Under the pieces are notes generated by a model that had not been told where the DNA came from, made no database searches, and saw only the letters and a program-made list of their open reading frames with translations. The position numbers and the translations under genes were made by a program. From Saccostrea cucullata (Eukaryota): a stretch of DNA of 64,000 nucleotides. Positions 24,001 through 37,539 of the stretch are shown here, in pieces. Positions within the stretch are counted from its first letter, which is position 1. Every line of letters begins with the position of its first letter. The stretch lies in assembly GCF_032062105.1 (NCBI RefSeq), contig NW_026931856.1, positions 248,001-312,000 on the forward strand. Direction: 5' to 3'.

Positions 24001-27000
24001 TAAATATAACAATTAGCTGCATATTTTTATTGGATTTTTCTTTTATTTTTATTGGTTTTTCTATTATTTTCTATTGGATTTCCTGAAGGATAAATGAAAT
24101 GTACACAAAATTATCAGGATTGTTTATTAGCATTGCTGAAAGTTACCAATGGCTGGTCGATGAACTGCAATTACTTAAAACACTTAAAATGCAGAGTTTG
24201 GCAAATACGAGAACTGAGAATTAAAGCTTAAAAAGGCCCATTGTTTGTCGAAATACAATCGCTGAAGCATTATTGCTTTAAAAAGGTATAGACTTCGATT
24301 ATTAAAAAAAGTTCTGCTGTTGTAAGTACTTCAATCACACCTTACCCGATCTTTCACCAAAGAGTTTCATTTATTATAGAGGAGTTTAAATTTCTACAGC
24401 GAGACAGGCTTATTTCACAATTTAAATTTTAAGAGGTTAGTTCGTGTTTAGCCTCTTTTCAACATAAACATAATGACCGCCATAATTTATTGCCTTGATA
24501 GACGTTTTTAACATACATACGAACGTATGATTATGTATACCTTCCATTATCTCTGAAGAATTACATAATAACTCTGCAAGTCAACCAAAGACATAGACAC
24601 TAAATTCCATATCGATCAATTCAATCAATGTGATGGAAACCTTGCTTTTCGAATCAGGATTTGAGGTGGGAGAAGGGGCACGACCATGTAGTTTTAGTTG
24701 GTGGCACTATCAACTACAAACAATTCCTTGAGAAGCAAAAAATGTTTTCTATAGTGTTCATACAGGTTCTTGTGATATTTTTTGCAAATACCCAAATGAT
24801 GTTGTGCACATGAAAAAGGGTATATTGTAATTAATTTTCCCCCATGATCTTTAAGTCTACTCCCACCATCACTTGAATTTCAAGGAAAACCTGTTTTAGT
24901 CTCAAGATGATAAAAAAAAATCGTCGCTGAAATGAATCGTAATTGTAGGTATATAGATTACAAATAATGACAACGAAAAAGGCAACTTCACGAATAGGGC
25001 CTAATGTTTTATCGATATTCAGGAGTATAAATTTACATTCAAACATACTAAATTGCATTTGTCTTGACAACAAAAACGCTTTGAATTGCTGTGAGGGCAA
25101 ACGAATGTATATGCCTGCATTTCGATGAGAGAAAATAAAGAGCAGGTTTTTCGTCTCCAAAAGAAACTGGTAAAAACAGGCATTTGTCGTCTATTACATG
25201 CATGCTATGGGGTTTGTATATATTTAATTCTTTACAAAAATAAGCATAGATACAAAGTTTTAACTTGAGATGGATATGTTCATGCACTCCATCACTTTAT
25301 ATATATTTTTTTTCTCAATTCTATGTGAATATTTTACTAATTCTGATAACTCTACTGGCTATCATAGAAAGTGATGATATCAAACAAACAAAAGTTGTCC
25401 GATACCTTTTAATGCTGTCTGGAAAAAGCTTGATTTTCTGGACAGGAGTTGCCTTACTATCTGTATACTATGACGGAATGCCCAAGAAGAGGAAAAGAAC
25501 TCACCTGGCGGTTGTTTGGGGCCAACATGATGTCTGCCACCGTCTCCCTCTTCTTCTGAAATGGCTAAAACACAGAAAAAAAGGAATCTGTTAATAAAAT
25601 CCTGTGGACATTTGGACAGTGCACCTCCACAAAGAGCAGAGAGGGAAACTCGGAGCTGACAATTTAAATGACACCAAGGGGGCACTGGTTACCGAGAGCC
25701 CTGACAGTAAACACTCAGCCATTTAAAATTAAAAATTCTCTTATCCCACATATCAATATTTGTTAATTGCCTTTATCATTCAAGCATAACCTAAATATTG
25801 AAGATTATCAGGGAAGATTTGAGTATTTTAGATTACTGAAAAAACTACTGTTAAGTGAAAACCAAACATTTCTAATCAAGGAGATCTTTATGAAACCTCT
25901 GAAAATTAATTTCTGACCTCGAAGAACGTTTTTGTCATGACAATTTTATATTGTACAACTAGCATAATGAAGATTTTATTTACAAGAATTTACCACAGGC
26001 GTTTGTTTTATACGTATATACAGTACGCTAGTTAATTTACTAAATTATGCAATTATTTAATGTATGGTAGTAAAGTAGTGTACTGTATAAAACAATACAG
26101 AAGTGAATGGAATTGAACTCATTTGAGGAAACAAACTCCTGTGGAATTTACCATGTATGATAATTTGATTAATTTCCTCTGAGAATACACCTTTGAACAA
26201 GCTGTAAAATGCGGTGCATTTAACGTACTAAACGGGTATATGTTAATATTATTTTACATACAGGTAAATGTTTACTTATGCTCTTTATGTTTTTGTTACT
26301 TGTTCCTGGTAATCTATTTGATCTCAAATATATGCCCTCTAAATTGAGATTGACTACTCAAACATAAATATATGAATATGTCTCAAACGAAAGTAATTCA
26401 TAATCGTAATTTAAATTTAACATTGTTTAAAAATTCACTATCTCTGACGATAATTAAGGAGTCTGTATATAAAGTTGTTATCGGATAGCCTGTTCAGAAT
26501 GAACAACCTGAAAGGGTTCCGATCCACTGGAGTTCATTTCAGATCGGAACTCTTCCCTAGCAAGGGTCTTCAATTAAATTCAAGGATGTCTGTCTCTCAG
26601 CCAGGAACAATTACCCATGAAATTATCATTTATATAAATATATCACAAAATGCATCTTGAAATAGGAATTTAATTTCTCTCTTATTTATATTAAAGACTG
26701 AAATTTAGATAAGAGGAAACTCCACATACTAGTACCCCTTTCTGAGAGGTTTGAATGAAAAAGATTTTCCAGTAAATTCAAATAAAGATACACAAAACGA
26801 ATCCAATAAGTTTTCTAAAATATATTATCATAAATACTCGTTGTTAAAAAAAATGGAAAGAGTGCATAAATGGAAAGGCCATGTACCGCATGGAGCAAGA
26901 AAAAAGATCATTTTAAGGACAGATGATACAAACAACCTTTTGTCAAAAAAATGAAAATAACAACTTGAGTCATGTTTTAATGAGTAAAATGAACAAGTTT

Positions 27001-30000
27001 CACCGTGTACTTTTCATTTTTTTATTCAAATTTTCACAAAAATGGGATCTGATGTGAAAAATATTTATATAGATTAATAGAAATTTATTATTTGCATCAT
27101 TTTCAACATCGTCGCAAACCACGGCCAAAATGTACGATCCTCTCCCATTCTGGAGAGAGCTTTATGCGGACTCCGGACCGTGGCTTGAGACGATGCATTT
27201 TCAATGAAATTAGGCCAAAAAATATATACCAATCCAGGCATCCATTTTGTGTTTCAGGTCTTTAGTATGGCAAGAAAGATAACTCATATTTACATTTCTA
27301 AGAGGCCTAGTTTAATCTTGATCAAAATATTTAGGAGAAAATGAGGGAGTCGTTAGAACAAGCCCTTGAAACCGGGTCCTTGGGACAACAAAACAAAGTT
27401 TTTTTTAAGGGTGGAGAGACAGAACGTTCTGTCGGAGAGTTGGGGGTGGTGGTTAGCATCAGCATCCATCATGGGACCAATCCCAAAATTAATGCATTCT
27501 TCTTGCAAGTCTGGGGACAGCTTTCCTTAATGTTTCACAAAACCACGGACGACAACATAACAGATTTTCAGGCGAATCTATTTAAAAAAGAGAGAGATAT
27601 GATAAATCGCTCTTCAAGCTTAGGAACTTAATTGTGTAGATCAATATGGAGGATCACTGCATTCCCTATTAAGTCACAGTTTAAAAATACGCGTACGTAT
27701 ATACATGGCTTCAATATCTGAGATGAACTAAAATGCACCCGAACAAGCAAACAAATATGAATGATCCCAAACTAGTTTTCTTTTGCATTTTATATGCAAA
27801 TGAAAGGAAACGGCCCAAGAACTATCAAAGCATTAAAAAGCCTTTGTTTTATCTAATAAATTGACTTACCCATACTCGCACCATATCTGAATTTGAATTA
27901 AAACTAACAAAGAATCAGTAATTAATGGTTTAAAGAGAAGATAAGAAATGGATCGGGTTCAGCCTCTCTTTGTCCGTGAACAATGTTCTTTAACTGATTG
28001 AATGAGGGCACATGTCATTAAACGTACGCACGAAATTTAAAAGACCATGTCTTGATGTCTGTAGATATTTTGTTCCGATATAATGTGTATTGAAAAATCA
28101 AAATGTGGATTTCTTACACAGGTTGAATAATATCGGTATTTTCTTAATTAGCGTACTAATCAAATTAATCGAATTTTTCACAATAATGAGGTGTTGGCAA
28201 AGTCTACATGGGCAATCTAAAACTGCCAATTTTCTTACCCTCCTGGATCATTTTGTTTAAAAAAGCGTTTGATATGGCAAAGTAGAGGTGCATGCACATG
28301 TATCTTAAAGAAAGATAACTCTTACACGAAATACTACACAGCTTTGTGAGAGTGTTCGATCTAGATGTGGTGAAAATATATGTACATGAAAGGGATTTTC
28401 AATATGGATCTAAAATTATTTTAAATAGTAATTTGGACTTAGATGTGGACCTATATGTGAAAACAGGGCATGATAGAAGGGGAGAATTGTTTCAGAGCTT
28501 AGTATGATGTGGGAAATCTCCACTGCAACCGTACTACCGTGCTTTGTATCTAGGGTTTAACAAAGGAACAAGCATGGATAATGGATACTAGTAGATCATG
28601 TTTTAAGTAAGACTATATATACAACAGAACGCCTTACACTTTTGCCGATTAATAAATCCACATTGAGAAATGTGGATGGTATTAAGCCAAATCTTGGCCA
28701 AGCTTAGCAAGATCTGAAAAGGCAGCTTTATTCTCAAGAACTTTTTTCCGAATTTTTTTTCCTTTTACAGTTTAAGTGCTGCTACTTTTGTGTTTTTATG
28801 CTTTCATGAGAGAAAAAAGAAAAAAAAACAGGTGAAAATATCAAAAGTCAAGCATGGAAACTGCAGATAATTGGAATTTTCCCATGTCCAAGGGGCATAC
28901 CCGGTAACTCTATCAATAAATTGCTCGATTGTACCCAAAACAGAACTTGACCTAGATATTTTCATGATTAATTCATTTCACTATTCATTTCACTATGTGC
29001 AACTATTGGAAAGAAATGAATGCAAACCGCAAATAATTGGAAATTTTCAAAGTCTAAGGGGCAAAACTGCGTCAAAAAGTGCTCGATCGTACCAAAAACA
29101 AAACTTGATCTAGATATTCTTATGATAAATCTTCTTCGAAAAGGGGTATTTAAAATAGAGAAACCCGAAAAATGTGTAAATACAGTTATTTTCAACTTCT
29201 TGATTTTACGTTGGGATTTTATTAAAGCCCCGGTCAATACGTTACACTGAGCTTGATGTTTATCATAATACAATTGTCTGACACAGTCTTAAGTCATAAC
29301 AGTAAGGTACATACCACCGAGACCACAATCTTGGGGAGTTCCCCCGCCTCTGACATCCTCAGTTATTGTATTATCCTAGATCCACTCCCAATTCTGTCCC
29401 CCATCAAACCTATGTTCTGGCTCAAGTCAGGGCATTGGTGATTAATGTTATGTACAGAGGTATATGTTTTAGGCTTAAAAGATTGCTGAATTAAGCCAGA
29501 TAAGAATTATTTGAATAGAAAGTCTGCTGTTGGTAACCTATCGGGATTAAAACCATTATAGGGCCGCGTAATAAGTACTGACGGAACAGAGGAAATCAAA
29601 TTCGCTGATTGATTGCGCGTTTTTTAACATGTGTATTTAAAAGAATTTATTGGATTAATTCCATTTTGTCGATCAGAACTAAATTTATATGTCCCTCTCT
29701 TTCTACTAATAAAACATTCATGATGTAAAGATAGGTACCAGGAAATGGCTATTGATATTTGCGTTGGACATCTGGCGAACTTTTTATTTTATTTTCCTGT
29801 GCAGCTGCTACGTAACATGAAAACGTGAGGGTCTGCAAGTTAATTGCAAACCCTTCAATATTTTGTCTATACTTTGTCTTGAAGATTTCATGAGACACTA
29901 CAAAATAAAAACATTTAACTATTTGAACCACGTAACAAATGCTTAGATGACCAAAAAAAATCTTAAAACGTTTATAATGTTCATTATACGAGGGTTTCTC

Positions 30001-31065
30001 TAAACTCATCAAGTAGGTATTTGGATCGATGGGACAAGCTGTACATGATTTAGAATGTGATTAAATGTAAATCGGCTCAATGTCGCGGGCACCTGGACCA
30101 GACATCTTTAATATAATACAAGGAGCTATGAATAAATTCTTTCATATCCCCTGTTCATGAGGACTTCTTAATATTCCGCTATTCTTACAGTTGACACAAC
30201 AGCATTACAATACAGAGGATTACCATATGGTAGTTCTCAATATCGTCATTTATATATTCTTAAATGTATAAAATCTTATTATAAACGGAATTCTGTGACC
30301 CACAGGGTGTATATAAATCGATCCTATAGGTTAAGCATCAGAAAGAGATTAGAATGCCCTATAAACATTTTTTTAATGATTTCAAAGAACTGACAACCTA
30401 CTAGTATTTGATCATGCATATCTAAAAATATAGGGGCCTTTATATTTACGAGATAGTACAAATATAGTAAAAAAGATAAATAAATGAAAATATAAAATTA
30501 TTTTGTGTTTCCAAGTACAGTCAACAATAATGGAATCTGCTGACGGAAAACTGAGGGAAACTGGAAAACTGATACCACTGAATCATTTGACTACAGTATG
30601 ACCATTTTGATCTTAAACATATTTCACTGAAAATGTTATACATGTAATAATTATCATTGATGTCCAAAAATTCAATCTGCAGAAACAGTTCTCAAAAAGA
30701 AATAGGTCGATCAACAGAGCTTTAAATAATGAGTAGTATATATCAGTGTTACTACTCTGAACTTTCGTTGCTAGGGAAGTTCAAGTTCCGTAATTCTGCC
30801 TTTACTTTGGTTCGAAGTAAAATTTTCTCACCTCCACCTCATAGTTGGGTTCCTCCAAAGTGAATTCCCTGGGGCCCAGGTAATCTTTGTGGGTGACGGT
30901 GTTGTATTTATCCCACGAGCGTTTGGAGCCGGCGGACGGGGGAAGCAGTCCCTCGCTGCTATCATTCAGCATCCGTAACTGCCGGGCCATCCAGTTTCCG
31001 GGCGGAATCTGTTCCGGAATTTCCATGGTCGTTTTTATCGGAACATTAGCAATTTCCGTAGCCAT
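21027..31065 (-). CDS. Uncharacterised 413-aa protein, 7 coding exons, C-terminus ...RHFVIHPDWG
   Basis: Exons 31065-30832, 23040-22944, 22860-22726, 22617-22415, 22295-22091, 21960-21849 and 21282-21027 join in frame through GT-AG sites with matching phases. The link across the 7.8-kb first intron rests on phase compatibility only. Confidence 0.8.
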
Positions 31066-31680
31066 GTACAAAAATATCTTCCAAATGCAGAAATTCTTTT
31101 CGATACCTCCGAAAATTCACTCTCTAATTTTTCATTGCCGTTTCACTGCACCTTTAATCCATTGTTGTGTCCTTTAGGACCCTGGATCGGTATAAATCCT
31201 TTCTCTGCAGTTTACGCATTAGCAGCAAATCTCTAACGCTGGCGATCGTGTAAGACGATTAAGGACTGTGTATTCCATTCACAGAGCCCAGATATATTCT
31301 TTTAATCACTTTGATCTAATTTGCATATTTGATAAAATTCTATATGATGGTCGACTGAAGGTGGGTTTGATTGTTGAATAAACAGACCCCGAAGACATTC
31401 GCCAAGTAACATTAAAAAAATCAACAGACAGTTTCTATAGGAAATTTATTTAGTGCAAAATGCATTATCTTTTTATGTAAAGTCAAATGTACATCTATTG
31501 TTTCCCTTTAAACAAACTTCACAGTTTCTTACAATTTTAAAACCTGACAAGGTACGAAGAATTCGACACTAGTATGATATGCTTGATTAATGCCATTACT
31601 TGAAAATAACCTTTAATGCAAAACGCATTGTCATAAAACAATGTGTCGTTTTATCAGGTACAACTTAATACATTTACATA

Positions 31681-31790
31681 ATAGGGGGTGAATGGCCCTC
31701 TTCGGGTTGCTAGGGTCGCACTCCCATGGATACACACGCGGAGACGCCCATTTTTCCCCGGCAAAGATTGATCCATGTCAAACCCCCTAT
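31681..31790. mobile_element. Small MITE-like element
   Basis: Termini atagggggt...accccctat around a GC-richer core. Confidence 0.4.
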
Positions 31791-32803
31791 CAGACCATAT
31801 CTAGCGATTTGACGCTCTTCAATTTCCTTTGTTTCCATGTAATAGGTATGGTGCGCTAATTGTGCGCCTTAGACCAATTTACATGCTGTTATCGGCCATA
31901 TGTTATACTGGTGTGATGTTGTTCAAATAATTTGATATTTTATACTGATAAAGTTCAGTGTATTGCCGACAAAAATACCCTATCAGTTCATCAATAAGAT
32001 GTCAATCACGCCAATACACAAGCCTTATCCCCCCATAAACACGTATACCGCACTTGTTTCATTCTTAAGAATGACTTTGGACCTTATTGTGTAGCAAACT
32101 ACAGGCGATTTTGCAAGCTGTCAACACCGAAGTAGTATTTCTAAAATGATGAACTAAAATAAAAGTTAATGTTGAGAGTTCAGGAGACGGCCGGGTTGGG
32201 GGGGGGTGTAACATTTGATATCTGTGCTAAATATCAACAAAATCACCCGTGAAAAGAAAAATCTCACTGTATTATTTATATTTAGAGTACGGAATAATGA
32301 AGCTCCTAAGGGCCACAACAGCTCTTTTTCTTACTTAGTTATTATAAATCATGTAATATTTACGGTCATTGCGCTATAAACCTTTTTGTTTAAGTCAGTA
32401 TTACTAAAGTTTTTGTACTTTGTCAAAATATTATTTATAATTTATTCCTTTTTTGCCTATGTATCATCAGATTCAAAATGCATTGAAAGGAAAAGACATA
32501 ACGACAGTACATGCTTGTCATGCAGCGATAAACGAGGCGAAATGCTGCGTTTTATATTCTAGTATTCCATAAAACATTGCATATATCTAAAGTAAAGTTT
32601 GGGGCAAAATTTAAAATAGATAAAAGTATTAGTACATGTATGTCAACTTTTGTTGAAAATTCTCGAATGTTTAAGATTTTATAGCAATTGTGACTTGTGA
32701 CATTGCTTTTGGATACCCCCCCCCCGAAAAATAAAATAAAAACGGAGCAAATTTACCTCAAAACAATAATGTTCATCTCAGTGCTAATACACTTTCTTTT
32801 CTA

Positions 32804-32991
32804 CGAAATCCCATTGGGCTCATTTTCGTAGGTTAAAAAATAATTTTTTCGCGTTGTAACGCGTTACTTTCGCTAATAAACGCAAAACTTCGCGAATAAT
32901 CGCCAAACTTCACGAATAAACGCAAATAAAGTTTCACGTTATAAAGCAAAGGTTACGCATTTATTATGAAAATGAGCTTAATGGGATTTCG
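32804..32991. mobile_element. MITE with TA target-site duplication
   Basis: ta|cgaaatcccattgggctcattttc...gaaaatgagcttaatgggatttcg|ta, with internal degenerate repeats. Confidence 0.8.
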
Positions 32992-33436
32992 TACTTTTCA
33001 ATGTTTTAATATCTCTTGAATAGCATTCAAGATTTGAGGTAATCCAACTTCTTTTAACTGAAGATATGAGTACTATTTTATTAATTATTGCTAAACTTTA
33101 TTTTGGTAACTAAACATCTTTATTAAAATTTTCTTGACTTTAAGTTCATTTTAAACAAGTCTAAAATGAATAACAAACTTTAAATTGACATTAAATATCT
33201 TAACAAAAATAGTTTCCAAGTTATTTCACAAGTAGTCCAAACTTCTGTGAAAATATTTTAATTTTATACTTATTCAGTATACATGGAGTGCCATCTTATC
33301 AACAAAGATACTTTGTGAATGAAATAATCTGAATGCTCATATAAGTGTGTTTTGAGTGTTTTTTTTTTATAGCTGTGTCCAGTTTTGTCTTTCACATCAA
33401 TTCCCTCATGTACTCATCCTTTTCACAAGACCTCCA

Positions 33437-35727
33437 TTATGTACCCACTGTCAGTGGGTATTTGTCAGCACTGTCTGGTAGAACAATGTGAAGTGTGGGA
33501 TACTCTATAAATTCTTTACCTTTCAGATTCTCACACAAAGACTTATTCTGATCAAGTTGATGAAATCTGCAACATAATTAGGTCAAAACATTAATCTTTC
33601 ATTTCTTAGACATAGCTGAATCATCAGGTAACAGAATATATTAACCAATTAAAGCAATGTATTTGAGGTAAAGGAGAGCAAAATTTTACAGTGACCCTCC
33701 ATGACTCTTTTTTTAAAACATCTTTTACCTCCTGATATTTGCTGGGAGCCCCCCTTCCTGCATCAGAATCAGACAGTCTTCTAAAGGTGTGCTGCTGTAA
33801 GCCTTTAACATCTGTCTTTTAACAGGGTCTGATTCTGTGGGGTGAATGAAGGTCTTCAGCACATCACGTAGACAAGTATCTTCATGTACTCTGTCAATAA
33901 ATAGAATCAATTTTACATCCTCTTTACCACTAAATTTTCATTTAAAGATGAAAACTTTGCCATCATTCCTCACTGGGATTCCTGTATTTAATTTGCTACC
34001 TTTTCTCTGTGTACTTGACTTCAGACTGAGGAAAGATGAGTTCTAAATGCCACAGAAATTTTCCTTTCCTGTAAAAGAAAATATGTGAATAGTGTGATTG
34101 ATATCCTACTTGTAGAGTCAAATATTTTTGTGAAGGTAAAGCTGTTTGTGATAAGAAGAAAAAAATGGTTTGCAGAGATTTGATTTCACCGCCGAAGAAG
34201 ATTTGGGTAGATGTGCAGAAGAAATTTTACATTTTGAAGGGAACAAGCATTTGTGGTTGTAAGAGCAAGATTAAAAAGATGTTTAAAGCTAGACAAAAAA
34301 AAATGCCAATAAATGCCTAACAAATCCATAAGCTTCCTTTTTGTCTTAAACCAGCTGAGATAGAAAAACTAAATGGAACAATTTAGCAAAAGTTGTTTAC
34401 ATTTTAAAAGTACATAATGTTTGTGTTTACCTGTATCTAGTAAGTTTTGTGGAATTGTTTTTCCTCTTTGACATGGGATATGGAAGAAACTGGACTTTAA
34501 TTCCCTGTTTCTCTGCAAACTTTTTCAGCTAAAATATTCGAATAAATTTGAAATGTATAAACAGTGTCAAGTCATAGCACAAGGATTTAACTAAACTTCA
34601 AAAGATAAAATTACATGTATGAAAAAACTTCATTATACCAGTACTTGATAAGTGATAAGTTAATACTTTTTGAAACCACAGGAAATAAAAATTCATTTTT
34701 ATGTTATTTGCTCTAACTGTGTTTAACTTTTTTCTTTGATATGTAGTAGGAAAGGAGAAATGCACAAAGAAAACATATGGCTGGACCAGGAATCGAACCC
34801 AGGACCCCTGCATTACTAGTCAGGTGCTCTAACCACTGAGCTATCCAGGCCGATATCCACGGGCCAAAGCCCAAACTGCTACAGATATATAGTGACTGTC
34901 ACAGAAAAAAGAGATGAAGGATAACCTTAAGGATATCATTAGTGATGTAAGATAAGAATATTTAAGTGAAGTGAGTTACCTTACTGACAACTCCGTGAAC
35001 TCCTGACCTACATAGTGGGTCTCTGCTATGATTGTCTACAGTTCTATCTACGTCCTCCAACATACGATAATCTAAAAATTTAAATAATCATTTACATCAT
35101 GATAAACAAGCAAACTGAAAACTTTCAAAGTTTTTCATAAAATTGAAGCTTATCATACCACTTAATCATACTAATCCAACTGTGTCTCAGGACAAGCCCT
35201 CAACACAGTCCATAGGACATTTATCATTTTAATGATAGAACATTTTAATTTTAATATACATACCACTGAGAAGGTGCATATCATTCATGTCTTTCATCTT
35301 TACAAAGGCTGTCTTGTCACGGACACCACTGCACCCTGTTTCTTCTTTATGTTTCTTCACACAGGCCAGACAACAGGTTCTTCTTCCACATCTAGGACAT
35401 TTGTATTTCCATTGAACTTTACCACACAGTTCACATTTACTGTAAAAAATAAAAGTAAAAGGAATGCCATCCACCCCATCTTGGACAAATCAGAGAGCAA
35501 TCATTGTTCGGAGTTTGTAAAGAGTTGGATTCAGTAGCATGATGTGGTATTACATGTAATACTTTTCAAACATCTCAAAGCTAAATCAGAACACTGAACA
35601 ATAACAACAAATGAACAAACAGCAAGGAGAATATAAGTAACAAGGAGTCAAACTAATCTCTTCTGTGATCCACTGTCGGATTGGTAAATTACAAAAGCCA
35701 GTATACAAACCTGCCATGTCCAGACAT
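33437..35727 (-). CDS. ZNHIT6: Box C/D snoRNA biogenesis protein BCD1/ZNHIT6 (zf-HIT), 247 aa, 7 coding exons
   Basis: Exons 35727-35711, 35439-35264, 35071-34980, 34528-34431, 34068-34000, 33890-33729 and 33566-33437. zf-HIT CELC...KYKCPRC...[11 protein letters not shown]...CSGVRDKT, followed by [21 protein letters not shown] and [16 protein letters not shown]. Confidence 0.93.
34742..34883 (-). mobile_element. Solo LTR of the tRNA-containing TRIM group
   Basis: TGTAG...CTACA termini with an exact 4-bp TSD GATA on both sides (34738-34741 and 34884-34887). Similar to the LTRs at 11414-11903. Confidence 0.87.
34778..34851 (-). pseudogene. tRNA-Thr(AGT)-like sequence inside the LTR; not a canonical tRNA gene
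   Basis: Minus strand reads ggcctggatagctcagtggttagagcacctgactagtaatgcaggggtcctgggttcgattcctggtccagcca. A box, B box and D arm are intact and the anticodon loop is CT-AGT-AA, but the anticodon stem is bulged and the acceptor stem has a mismatch. Confidence 0.75.
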
Positions 35728-36130
35728 CTCACTATATAAAATAATTTACAACATAAACAAAGAATATCCTTTAATTATATTTTTTTGAGCAGAACGGAAA
35801 CACCATGTGAATCTCTGGTGTTTGATTAATACGTATAACGAGCCCGATTTAAAAAAGTAGTAAATCAGCGATTCAGTGAACAGTTTAGTTCTGGAAACTT
35901 ATTGTCCCCGCTTTCGAGAAAGCGAGGGGACATTAAATCTTATTTGCTTGTTGTAATCTTGCTGGCACTTGACGTTTTATAACAATGTTGTGACACGATA
36001 GCGGTGTTTTTCTTTGAAGTTTACTGTTCTGTATTAGCAATACAGAACGGGACTTTGGTGGGCGGAGCTACTTTCCGTTCTGTATTAGCCCAGTGTACCG
36101 CACTGTATTTGCCAACTATTCTGTATATAA

Positions 36131-37434
36131 AGGCCCTGTCACACCAAGCTGCGTTCACACGGAGTCATTACGGCGTTGTTAAATTTTTAAAATCGCCGTG
36201 GAATCGCAGGGAAATTGCACAAATTTCTGTAAAATTTTCACAATATGAAGATGTCACAGCGTCCCGACGGCGACGGACGCGATTCTACGGCGATATCACG
36301 ACGTTCTACTGCGTTCCCACGGAGATCTCCCGGCGATTGACTGCGCTTCCGCGGAGTTTTCACGGCGCATTAGGAGTTTTCACCTCGTGTTCACGGCGTT
36401 TTCACTGCGCTGGCTGCGTTCACAATACGTTCACAATGCGTTCTACACTCATTGATATTTATTAGAAGGAATGTAAAACATTTTTGCATAAAGATTCAAG
36501 TTACACGATGAAAAGACTTCTAATCATGCCAAGAAATATTCTTAATAATTAAAAATGTTCTATATTTAAATATTTTAGTACTGAATTATTAATAGTTTTA
36601 TGATTTAACTCCTTTTTTTCAATTTCATCGGTTCAGTTGTGTTGTTAGATTTTCTTTAATTTATTATGAATGTAAGAAAAAAAATAACACACCGAAAAGT
36701 TTTCTACAAAATTAAAGTGAAACAACCGAAAAAGTACTGGTGTAATTTTCTCTTCCATTTTTTTTTCTCACTTAAATGCTCCTAGTGCAACAAATACGTT
36801 GGAATTATTGCTGATCAAATATGATCCCATTGCTCTTGTTTTGTGAGCTGGCTGACAACGCTCTAACAACGCCGTGAAAGCGCATTGTGATCGCCAACGG
36901 ACGCTGTAGAAACGCCATGGGAGCGCAATGATCGCAGTGACAACTCCGTGCTGTCGCCGTGTAATCGCAGTCGAAAAAATCACAAGACGATAAATCTCAT
37001 TAGAAGCGCCGTAAAAACGCGATGGAAACGCAGTGACATCTCCAAGGACTCCGCGACATCTCCGTGAGGTCTCCGTGGAAGCGTAATCTACTATCACTGC
37101 GTTCGTGCCGCGATCATGTGCGTCTTTACGGAGTTCATACGGAGCTCCCACTACGTTGTTGGAGATCTCACTGCGCTGCTACGGCGATCATACTACGTTT
37201 CTACTGCGTTCTTATCAGACCGCGATCACACGGCGCGTACTTTGTGCATGCCCAAAGTGATCGCCGTCCCCTGGCGTTCTTGAAGACCCTACGCGACCCT
37301 ACGGCGTTCAGTGGAGATCTCGCCGCGTTGTCACGGCGCTGTAGGAGACTCTACTGCGATCACCTGGGCGTTTTGCATTTTTTGAGGACGCCGTGCAATC
37401 GCCGTGAGGACGCAGCCCTGGTGTGACAGGGGTT
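36131..37434. mobile_element. Non-autonomous PIF/Harbinger-like DNA transposon
   Basis: TIRs aggccctgtcacaccaagctgcgt / acgcagccctggtgtgacaggggtt, flanked by TAA on both sides. GC-rich subterminal acggcg repeats surround an AT-rich centre. Confidence 0.8.
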
Positions 37435-37539
37435 TAAAATACAGCACGGTCTAAAAATAAATCTGATTCAATTTAGCAAAAGCACGTACAGATAGTAAAT
37501 GCTGATGTTTTCCTATATATACATTTTATAGAGAAATTA

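Noticed and set aside
25265-25685. Overlapping ORFs of 109 aa (+) and 101 aa (-)
   Set aside because: No motifs, non-ATG starts and no consistent splice partners.
36004-37426. ORFs of 120-153 aa as a transposase or host gene
   Set aside because: They arise from the GC-rich, stop-poor subterminal repeats of a non-autonomous element and show no DDE or Myb motifs.
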